Source: a virus
Taxonomy: Duplodnaviria; Caudoviricetes
Length of the DNA stretch: 25,978 nt
IMG/VR virus record: IMGVR_UViG_3300029448_000371
Span: 1-25,978 of that record
Strand: one strand, 5' to 3'
Shown one piece after another: positions 7,576 to 15,070 of this stretch (its first letter is position 1; each line of letters begins with the position of its first letter). The notes below the pieces were generated by a model, which was not told the origin of the DNA, searched no databases, and worked only from the letters and a program-made list of their open reading frames with translations. The position numbers and the translations under genes were made by a program.

Positions 7576-7725
7576 TAAATACAATACAGATTAAAGGACA
7601 TCATATCTACAGTTCAGCCTGGAGCTGCTATAAAGACAAAAAAATCAGATTAAAAAGAACAAAATACAAACAAAACAATGACCAATACCCCCAAATTCTG
7701 GGGTGCATTTTTGTATATATATATC

Positions 7726-7926
7726 ATGGGATCAAAAGACACTCACACAGACACAGACGATAACAGGCTAACCGCAGAGCTTTACATCGATGAAAAATCC
7801 AGAACATTAATTTTAAAAATTAGAGATTTTAGAGATGATGTATCAGCAGTTGTAGCTGCCAGGTTAATATGTGAAACGCTGGGTATAGATTTTGTTGATC
7901 CTAGCATAAGAGATACAGTTCATTGA
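7726..7926 (+). CDS. hypothetical protein between terS and terL (start uncertain)
   Basis: ORF track 7678-7926; the N-terminal extension runs through a hairpin and a TA run, so the later ATG is preferred. Confidence 0.55.
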   Translation: MGSKDTHTDTDDNRLTAELYIDEKSRTLILKIRDFRDDVSAVVAARLICETLGIDFVDPSIRDTVH

Positions 7927-9215
7927 AGATTATAGAAATACCTTACAAGCCAAGACCACAACAATTAGATTTACATAATGCTTTAGGTAAGTACCGCTTT
8001 GCTGTAGCTGTCATGCACAGAAGAGCTGGTAAAACTATTTTTGCTCTTAATCACAGCATAAAACTGGCATTAACTTATAAATTAAAGAATTTCAGAGGAG
8101 CTTTCTTTTCTCCAACTAGGGTGCAGTCTAAATTAGTTGCCTGGGATGCTTTAAAAGAATTTTCCAGGAAGATACCTGGTATTAGATTTAACGAAACAGA
8201 ATTACGAGCAGACTTTCCTACTGGTGGTCGAATACAATTGTTTGGTGCAGAAAATGTGGATGCAGCCAGAGGACAGTATTTTGACTTTGTTGTTTGTGAT
8301 GAATATGCACAAATGGATGCCAGGATGTTTCCAGAAGTTATTAGACCAGCGATGTCTGATAGAGCTCCTCATTCCAGGGTGCTGTTTATTGGAACTCCGC
8401 AAGGAATGAACTCGTTTTACGATTTATATGAACAAGCTAAAACAGATGCTGAATGGTTTACTTGTGTTCATAAGGCTTCTGAAACTGGATTAGTGGATGC
8501 TGGGGAACTAGCAGCTGCTAAGAAGATGATGACTGATGACCAGTACCAGCAAGAGTTTGAATGTTCCTGGACCGCTAATATTAGTGGATCTGTTTATGGA
8601 AAAATTTTAGAAAAAATGGATAACGAAAAACGACTTGGTCGTTATCCGTATGATCCAGGATACCCTGTAGATGTGATTTTTGACCTGGGTATATCTGATG
8701 CAACAACAATTTTATATACGCAACAAATTGGAAGAGCTTTGTTTGTAATCGATTGTTATACCAATAATAATCAAAGCCTCGATCACTACGCAGATATTAT
8801 TAGAAAATCTGATTACAATATTAGAAATTATATAATGCCACACGACATAGAGCATAGAGAAATGTCTACTGGTCATACTCGTAAAGAGTATGCCATGAGT
8901 ATGGGTATGAGACCAATAAAAGTATGTCCAAAACTACCAATAGAAGATGGACTCCACGCTGGACAAATACTCTTAGCAAAATCTTACATTGACAGAGAAA
9001 GATGTAAGCCATTTATAGATGCCATGAGATGGTATCATCGCAAATGGTTAGAAAAACAAAAAATTTTCTCTAAACCAGTTCACGATCATTCAAGCCATTT
9101 TGCAGATGCCTGGAGAACTTTGGCAGTTGCAATACAAGAATTAGATTTAGAGAACACAAGACCACCGCAAAGATTTGCAGAAGGTGTAAATTATAATCCA
9201 TTAGGAAGGAATTAA
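7923..9215 (+). CDS. terL: terminase large subunit
   Basis: Walker A HRRAGKT, Walker B VVCDEYA, GTPQG, nuclease DLGISD and HDHSSHFADA. Confidence 0.95.
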   Translation: MKIIEIPYKPRPQQLDLHNALGKYRFAVAVMHRRAGKTIFALNHSIKLALTYKLKNFRGAFFSPTRVQSKLVAWDALKEFSRKIPGIRFNETELRADFPTGGRIQLFGAENVDAARGQYFDFVVCDEYAQMDARMFPEVIRPAMSDRAPHSRVLFIGTPQGMNSFYDLYEQAKTDAEWFTCVHKASETGLVDAGELAAAKKMMTDDQYQQEFECSWTANISGSVYGKILEKMDNEKRLGRYPYDPGYPVDVIFDLGISDATTILYTQQIGRALFVIDCYTNNNQSLDHYADIIRKSDYNIRNYIMPHDIEHREMSTGHTRKEYAMSMGMRPIKVCPKLPIEDGLHAGQILLAKSYIDRERCKPFIDAMRWYHRKWLEKQKIFSKPVHDHSSHFADAWRTLAVAIQELDLENTRPPQRFAEGVNYNPLGRN

Positions 9216-9217
9216 AG

Positions 9218-9469
9218 ATGGGATCATTATTTAGAAAACCAAAAATGCCGCCACCTCCTCCACCAGTTCCAGATCCAGTTCCGCTGCCACCAACGCAGCC
9301 AGATGAAGAGTATGTGTCATCAGAAACTGGAGAAACAACTACTTTAGAAAAAGAGGCTGAAGCGAGTATGAAGAGGAAGAAAAAAGGCTATACCAATACA
9401 ATATTAACTTCAAATAAAGGTGTTACTGATCCAGCTAATACTTTTAATAAAACTTTATTAGGTCAATAA
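9218..9469 (+). CDS. small proline-rich virion-associated protein
   Basis: MGSLFRKPKMPPPPPP...TILTS...KTLLGQ; typical of genes preceding podoviral portals. Confidence 0.75.
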   Translation: MGSLFRKPKMPPPPPPVPDPVPLPPTQPDEEYVSSETGETTTLEKEAEASMKRKKKGYTNTILTSNKGVTDPANTFNKTLLGQ

Positions 9470-9470
9470 C

Positions 9471-10073
9471 ATGGGATCAGAAGCAGCATCAAAATCAAGA
9501 GAACAGAAAAGAACAGCGAACACGCAAGAGCTCATGTCAAATATCATGTCTCCAGGAGCTGGTGAGATTTCAAAAAAAAGAGAAGCTGAATTACAAAAAG
9601 CAGCTAACGCTGGTAGAGGTGTTCAATTTATACCAGGATCTCCGACAGTTGGAAATTTATATGATAAAGATGGTAAACCAATTTTAAGAACTAACGCAAC
9701 AGCTGCGGATTATACTGGAAGAATAACTGCTAATGCTCCTACATTTCGTGAAGCAGTAGGAGATGCTGGTAGAGCTATCTTTGGTGGCAAAGCAAAAGAT
9801 CCAGAATATTTACGAGGTGAATTACAATCTGCACCAGGTAAGAAAACAACAAACTACGCTAAATTTTTACCAAAAACAGAAAAGGTAAAAGGATTAATAC
9901 CTACAATGGCTGAAGCTGGAGGAACTCCCTTTATGATTGCTATGAACGCTATAACTGGAAATAAAAAAGATAAACCAATGTCTATGAATGAAAAATACAA
10001 CAAAGGTGTCACTACCTATGCAAATCTATTAAGTGGATCTGCAACAAAGAATAGAAATAAATTAATCAGATGA
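9471..10073 (+). CDS. hypothetical basic protein (possible virion component)
   Basis: ORF track; ATGA coupling to the portal gene. Confidence 0.75.
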   Translation: MGSEAASKSREQKRTANTQELMSNIMSPGAGEISKKREAELQKAANAGRGVQFIPGSPTVGNLYDKDGKPILRTNATAADYTGRITANAPTFREAVGDAGRAIFGGKAKDPEYLRGELQSAPGKKTTNYAKFLPKTEKVKGLIPTMAEAGGTPFMIAMNAITGNKKDKPMSMNEKYNKGVTTYANLLSGSATKNRNKLIR

Positions 10074-11665
10074 ACGCAAAAGAAGTAGCTGCTAGTTTTC
10101 AGCAAATAAAAAGCAAAAGAAAAAATTGGGAAGAGCATTGGCAAGAAATATCCGATTTTGTTTTACCCAGAAGAGCTGATGTTACAACTGTAAGATCAAA
10201 AGGCGATAAAAGAACTGAAAATATTTTTGATGGTACAGCCATGCATAGTGCGGAGCTGCTATCATCATCGCTACATGGGATGCTAACAAACGCAGCTTCC
10301 CCCTGGTTTAGCATGAGATATAAAGATGAAGCTATATCTGCAATGCAAGAAAACAGAGAATGGTTAGAGGCGTGTACTGATACAATGTATATGGCTCTAG
10401 ATAGATCTAATTTTCAGCAAGAAATACACGAGCTCTATACAGATTTAGTTGTGTTTGGTACTGGCTGCATGATGATTGAAGAAGATGACCAGGATTTTGT
10501 AAGATTTTCTACCAGGCATATTAATGAAATTTATATATCTGAAAATGACAGAGGTATAGTTGATGTAGTTCATAGAGAATTTAAGATGACAGCAAGAGCT
10601 GCATACAATCAATTTGGAGAAGATTTACCCAAAAGAATTTTAGATGTATTAAAGGCAAATCCTTATGATGAAGTAACTTTATATCAATGCATTAAACCAA
10701 ACGATAAATTAAATCCTTACAAAATGGATAATAAATCCATGCCATTTGTATCTATCTATTATGATGGTGAGGATGAGCACATAATATCTGTTTCTGGATT
10801 TAATGAGTTTCCATTTGTTGTTCCAAGATGGTTAAAATCATCGACAGAGGTCTATGGCAGATCTCCGAGTATGACTGCCTTACCAGACATTAAAATGATT
10901 AACAAGATGTCTGAAACTACCATTAAAGCAGCACAAAAAATGGTAGATCCCCCTTTATTAGTTCCAGATGATAGTTTTATTTTACCAATAAGAACACAGC
11001 CTGGAGGATTAAATTTTTATAGATCTGGCACAAGAGATAGAGTTGAGCCATTGACTATTGGAGCAAATACTCCGCTAGGTTTAAATATTGAAGAGCAAAG
11101 ACGAACAGCTATCAAACAAGCATACTTTGTGGACCAATTGTTAATGTCACAAAACATAACAATGACAGCTACTGAAGTGATGCAGCGTAACGAAGAAAAA
11201 ATGAGATTACTAGCTCCAGTTCTTGGTCGGATGCAATCTGAAATGTTGCAGCCATTAATTAATAGAGTTTTTAATATTTTATTAAGAAAAAATATTTTAC
11301 CAGTTCCACCAGAAGAGCTGCAAGGTCAATCAGTAGATATTGAATATGTATCTCCATTAGCAAGATCTCAAAAAGTAGGAGATGTCCAGGCTATTATGAG
11401 AACATTAGAAGTTGTCATGCCATTATCACAAACAGAACCAATTATGGATTATATTGATAGTGATAGGCTGGTAACACATCTGGGTGATGTATTAGGTGTA
11501 CCAAGTAAAGTTATGAGATCTGCACAAGAAGTACAAGCCATTAGACAACAAAGAGCACAAGCTCAACAAGAACAACAAAACCAACAACAAATGATGGAAG
11601 CTGCACAAGCTGGAGGACAAGTTGCACCGCTAGTCAAGGAGTTAAATGGACAGCAAGGAAGTTAA
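10070..11665 (+). CDS. portal / head-to-tail connector (T7 gp8/BPP-1-like)
   Basis: DLVVFGTG, PFVVPRW...YGRSP, MTATEV and IEYVSPLA motifs; 531 aa. Confidence 0.95.
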   Translation: MNAKEVAASFQQIKSKRKNWEEHWQEISDFVLPRRADVTTVRSKGDKRTENIFDGTAMHSAELLSSSLHGMLTNAASPWFSMRYKDEAISAMQENREWLEACTDTMYMALDRSNFQQEIHELYTDLVVFGTGCMMIEEDDQDFVRFSTRHINEIYISENDRGIVDVVHREFKMTARAAYNQFGEDLPKRILDVLKANPYDEVTLYQCIKPNDKLNPYKMDNKSMPFVSIYYDGEDEHIISVSGFNEFPFVVPRWLKSSTEVYGRSPSMTALPDIKMINKMSETTIKAAQKMVDPPLLVPDDSFILPIRTQPGGLNFYRSGTRDRVEPLTIGANTPLGLNIEEQRRTAIKQAYFVDQLLMSQNITMTATEVMQRNEEKMRLLAPVLGRMQSEMLQPLINRVFNILLRKNILPVPPEELQGQSVDIEYVSPLARSQKVGDVQAIMRTLEVVMPLSQTEPIMDYIDSDRLVTHLGDVLGVPSKVMRSAQEVQAIRQQRAQAQQEQQNQQQMMEAAQAGGQVAPLVKELNGQQGS

Positions 11666-11867
11666 GGAATTAAAAACTAATTATAAATTAACATTTGGAT
11701 CACAAAATGGAGAAAAAGTATTAGAAGATCTTTTAAAAAGATTTCATTACCACACATCAACTTTTTCTAAAGATCCAAACGAAACAATGTTCTTAGAAGG
11801 ACAGCGGAGTGTGATTTTGTTTATACAAAACATTATAAATCAAAAGGAGAAAATAACGAATGAGTGA
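11646..11867 (+). CDS. small conserved protein downstream of the portal (Bbp19-like)
   Basis: YKLTFGSQNGEKVLEDL...FLEGQRSVILFI. Confidence 0.8.
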   Translation: MDSKEVKELKTNYKLTFGSQNGEKVLEDLLKRFHYHTSTFSKDPNETMFLEGQRSVILFIQNIINQKEKITNE

Positions 11868-12642
11868 AGATCAGACAACTGCTGATACTCAGCAATCTGT
11901 GACAGAAACATTTACAGATACACTACCAGAAGATATAAGAAATGAACCATCATTAAAAAATTTTACTAATGCTGGTGATTTAGCAAAAAGCTACCTACAC
12001 GCCAATAGAATGGTGGGATCAGATAAGATAGCTATACCAGGTAAACACTCTACCGATGAAGATTGGCAGCAAGTTTATAGTAAACTGGGTAGACCAGAAA
12101 AATCAGATGGCTATGAATTTAATTTTGAAATACCAGAAGAAAATCAACAAATAATAAATAATTTTTCTGATATTGCTCACAAAAATGGATTAACTAATAA
12201 CCAGGCTAATGCTGTATTAGATTTTTATAATCAAATACAAACAGATGCTAATCAATCAGCCGAAACACTAGCTCAATCAAATTTAGTAGAAAAAGATACA
12301 GAGCTGCGTAAAGAATGGGGATTGAACTACGATAAAAATTTATCTATTGCAGATAATGTTTTTAAAGCACATTTTGCTGAAGGCATGAACACTTTGACTT
12401 TAGAAGATGGAACAATGCTAGGTAATCATCCAGAGTTTATAAAATCATTAGTAGCTCTTGGTAAAAATTTTAGTGAGGACCAACTTACTAAAGAAAATTC
12501 ACCAGGTATTTCACCAGCTGATGCTCAAAGAGAAATTGCAAAGCTCCAGGCAAGTGAGCCATATATGAATAAAAACCATCCAAATCACGAGATGGCAGTA
12601 CAAGAGGTTGCTCAACTGTATAAAGTGCAGTTTGGGGAATAG
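11860..12642 (+). CDS. capsid scaffolding/assembly protein
   Basis: Acidic; LAKSY, KLGRPE...Y, LRKEWG..YD and GNHPEFIK motifs; precedes the capsid gene. Confidence 0.85.
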   Translation: MSEDQTTADTQQSVTETFTDTLPEDIRNEPSLKNFTNAGDLAKSYLHANRMVGSDKIAIPGKHSTDEDWQQVYSKLGRPEKSDGYEFNFEIPEENQQIINNFSDIAHKNGLTNNQANAVLDFYNQIQTDANQSAETLAQSNLVEKDTELRKEWGLNYDKNLSIADNVFKAHFAEGMNTLTLEDGTMLGNHPEFIKSLVALGKNFSEDQLTKENSPGISPADAQREIAKLQASEPYMNKNHPNHEMAVQEVAQLYKVQFGE

Positions 12643-12770
12643 AAGAACAATCCGATAGGACTCTTCGTGACTATGGGAAAGACCATCACCCACCAGGTGT
12701 AAAATGTAGGACAAACCTCATTCGAGATAATTTTTCCAATTTTTTCACATAACAACTAACAACAAGGAGG
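12642..12770 (+). ncRNA. candidate structured leader RNA upstream of the major capsid gene
   Basis: Consecutive hairpins GAAGA/TCTTC enclosing TCC-GATA-GGA, ATGG-GAAAGA-CCAT, CACC-CACCA-GGTG and CTC-ATTC-GAG, then an AAGGAGG RBS. Confidence 0.45.
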
Positions 12771-12778
12771 ACATTTAA

Positions 12779-13651
12779 ATGTCAAATCAAATAACAACTG
12801 CGTTTGTTGAACAGTATAAGAACAATGTTTCTTTACTTTCTCAACAACAAGGTTCAAGACTACGATCTGCTTGTGATGTTGAAACAATAACTGGAAAAAA
12901 CGCATTTTTTGAACAAATCGGTTCTACAAGTGCACAAGTCAGAACTTCCAGGCATGGTTCGACTCCCCAAATAGATACTCCACACGACAGAAGAAGAGTA
13001 TCTTTAGCAGACTACGAGTGGGCTGATCTCATTGACGATCAAGACAAAATCAGAATGTTAATAGATCCAACATCTACATACTCAAAGGCAGCTGCGGCAG
13101 CTATGGGTAGATCAATGGATGATGTTATCATTACTGCATTAGGCGGTACTGCTGCAACTGGAGTAAGTGGAGCAACTTCTACAGCTCTTGGTGCTGGTCA
13201 AAAGCCTTTCAGCTCATCTCAATCTGATGGCTTAACAATTACTAAACTATTAAAAGCAAAAGAATTAATGGATTTAGCGGATGTTGATCCCTCATTAAAG
13301 AGATACTTTGTATGTGGAGCTAAACAGATGACAGATCTTTTAGCAACTACAGAGGTAAAATCATCAGACTTCAATACTGTTAAAGCATTGGCACAAGGAC
13401 AACTAAATTCATTCTTAGGTTTTGAATTTATTATGTCTAACAGATTGCCATTTGACGCAACAAATACTGATGACAGACTTTGTTACGGATTTACTGAAGA
13501 TGCTATTAAATTAGCAGTTGGTAAAGATGTAACAGCTAAAATAACAGAACGAGCAGATAAATCTTATTCTACCCAAGTGTACTATTGTATGTCAATTGGT
13601 GCTGTAAGAATGGAAGAAGATAAGGTTGTTCAGATAGCTTGTGACGAGTAA
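12779..13651 (+). CDS. major capsid protein
   Basis: FVEQY..NV.LLSQQQGSRLR, DTPHDRR, AMGRSMDDVII, FLGFEFI and GAVRMEE motifs; strong RBS. Confidence 0.92.
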   Translation: MSNQITTAFVEQYKNNVSLLSQQQGSRLRSACDVETITGKNAFFEQIGSTSAQVRTSRHGSTPQIDTPHDRRRVSLADYEWADLIDDQDKIRMLIDPTSTYSKAAAAAMGRSMDDVIITALGGTAATGVSGATSTALGAGQKPFSSSQSDGLTITKLLKAKELMDLADVDPSLKRYFVCGAKQMTDLLATTEVKSSDFNTVKALAQGQLNSFLGFEFIMSNRLPFDATNTDDRLCYGFTEDAIKLAVGKDVTAKITERADKSYSTQVYYCMSIGAVRMEEDKVVQIACDE

Positions 13652-13667
13652 TAGGAGAAAATAAAAA

Positions 13668-14117
13668 ATGGCAAGTGTTAAAAGTGTAAATGTAACTAAC
13701 CTAGATGCGACTCCTAGTGTAATGGTAGATGCAGCCAGTAATACTGGCTCTCTTCATGTCCATTATGATACTTATGAAGCGTCATCTTTAACGTCTGGCT
13801 CAGACATCACAATCGCAAGATTGCCTGTTGGAGCTACAGTTCACAATGTAATCTTAAAATGTGATGCATTAGGAGGTTCTTCTACTTTAAAAGTTGGAGA
13901 TGCTTCTGATGATGATCGTTATATGGCTGCGGTGGGAACTTGGAATGTCGCTGGACAAACTCAATCCATGTTAGCTGGAAGCTCTGCTGGAGCTGCACAA
14001 ACACCAGTAACTGGACTTGGTTATGTAATTACCTCATCAACAACTGATTTGGTTATTACAACTGGCGGTGCAACTATATCTGGATCTATCCATTTATGGG
14101 TTCACTACGCATACTAA
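13668..14117 (+). CDS. capsid decoration/cement-like protein
   Basis: Beta-rich (ARLPVGATV, TLKVGDASDDDRY); between the capsid gene and the terminator; AGGAG RBS. Confidence 0.7.
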   Translation: MASVKSVNVTNLDATPSVMVDAASNTGSLHVHYDTYEASSLTSGSDITIARLPVGATVHNVILKCDALGGSSTLKVGDASDDDRYMAAVGTWNVAGQTQSMLAGSSAGAAQTPVTGLGYVITSSTTDLVITTGGATISGSIHLWVHYAY

Positions 14118-14130
14118 TTAAATAAAAAAT

Positions 14131-14160
14131 GCCAGGGGGATATCTCCCCCTGGTTTCTTT
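14131..14160 (+). terminator. rho-independent terminator after the capsid genes
   Basis: GCCAGGGGGA-TATC-TCCCCCTGGT followed by TTCTTT. Confidence 0.9.
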
Positions 14161-14180
14161 CAAAAAATTTAGGAGAAATT

Positions 14181-14339
14181 ATGGCAAAACCTGGACTATA
14201 CGCAAACATCCATGCTAAACGCAAAAGAATAAAAGCTGGTTCTGGAGAAAAAATGCGTAAACCTGGAAGCGAGGGAGCTCCCACAGCTGCTAATTTTAAA
14301 AGAGCAGCAAAAACAGCTAAGAAAACATTGGTAGGATAA
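14181..14339 (+). CDS. small basic protein, 52 aa (MAKPGLYANIHAKRKRIKAGSGEKMRKPGSEGAPTAANFKRAAKTAKKTLVG), not in the ORF track
   Basis: AGGAG RBS; hand translation. Confidence 0.85.
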   Translation: MAKPGLYANIHAKRKRIKAGSGEKMRKPGSEGAPTAANFKRAAKTAKKTLVG

Positions 14340-14340
14340 A

Positions 14341-14481
14341 ATGACTTATAAAACAAAAAAACCAAAAACAAAAAATCAAAACCTGGCGGCTATGTATGGC
14401 AACAAAAATGAAATTACTCGTGGAGATGTAATAACAGCTGCTATCAAAAACAAAAAAAAGAAAAAAACTCTAGTAGGTTAA
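14341..14481 (+). CDS. small basic protein, 46 aa (MTYKTKKPKTKNQNLAAMYGNKNEITRGDVITAAIKNKKKKKTLVG), not in the ORF track
   Basis: Hand translation; 1-nt gaps to both neighbours. Confidence 0.75.
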   Translation: MTYKTKKPKTKNQNLAAMYGNKNEITRGDVITAAIKNKKKKKTLVG

Positions 14482-14482
14482 A

Positions 14483-15070
14483 ATGACATCAATTGTAGAG
14501 ATATGTAATTCTGGACTTAATATGCTTGGTGCAAATAATATTACTTCATTAACTGAAGATAGTAAAAATGCCAGGCTATGTAATCAACGATTTAGTTCAG
14601 TTAGAGATAGTGTATTTAGAGAGCATTTATGGAATTGTTTAATTAAACGAGTACAACTTGCTGTGGAGTCTGAAACTCCAACACATGAATATATCCATCA
14701 ATATACTCTACCTAGTGATTGTATTCGTGTAATACGAATAGGCGGCACAGCTGATGGATCATCATCTGATTTAAATGGTGGTCAAGTTTTTAAAGTAGAA
14801 GGTAGAAAAATTTTAACAGACGAGGATACTGTTTATTTATTGTATGTAGCTAGGATTACTGATCCTAACGAATACGATACTTTGTTAGTAGAAACACTTG
14901 CAACAAGATTAGCAGCTGAATTAGCCTACGCTATTACAAACAGCAATCCTTTAGCTAATGCTTTAAAAATCGAATATCGAGAAAAATTATCTATCGCTAG
15001 ACATACTGATGCTTCAGAGGGTAGTGCTGATTATTTAGATAGCAGCTCTTACATCAATGCGAGATATTAA
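14483..15070 (+). CDS. tail tubular protein A / adaptor (T7 gp11-like)
   Basis: VEICNSGLNMLG, HLWNCLIKR, YTLPSDCIR and LAAELA motifs. Confidence 0.88.
   Translation: MTSIVEICNSGLNMLGANNITSLTEDSKNARLCNQRFSSVRDSVFREHLWNCLIKRVQLAVESETPTHEYIHQYTLPSDCIRVIRIGGTADGSSSDLNGGQVFKVEGRKILTDEDTVYLLYVARITDPNEYDTLLVETLATRLAAELAYAITNSNPLANALKIEYREKLSIARHTDASEGSADYLDSSSYINARY

Noticed and set aside
11540-11600. CAA-rich repeat in the portal gene
   Set aside because: Simply encodes the Gln-rich portal C-terminal helix.
14114-14371. 85-aa - strand hydrophobic ORF
   Set aside because: It is the antisense of the terminator and the Lys-rich microproteins, which have the RBS and operon coupling.
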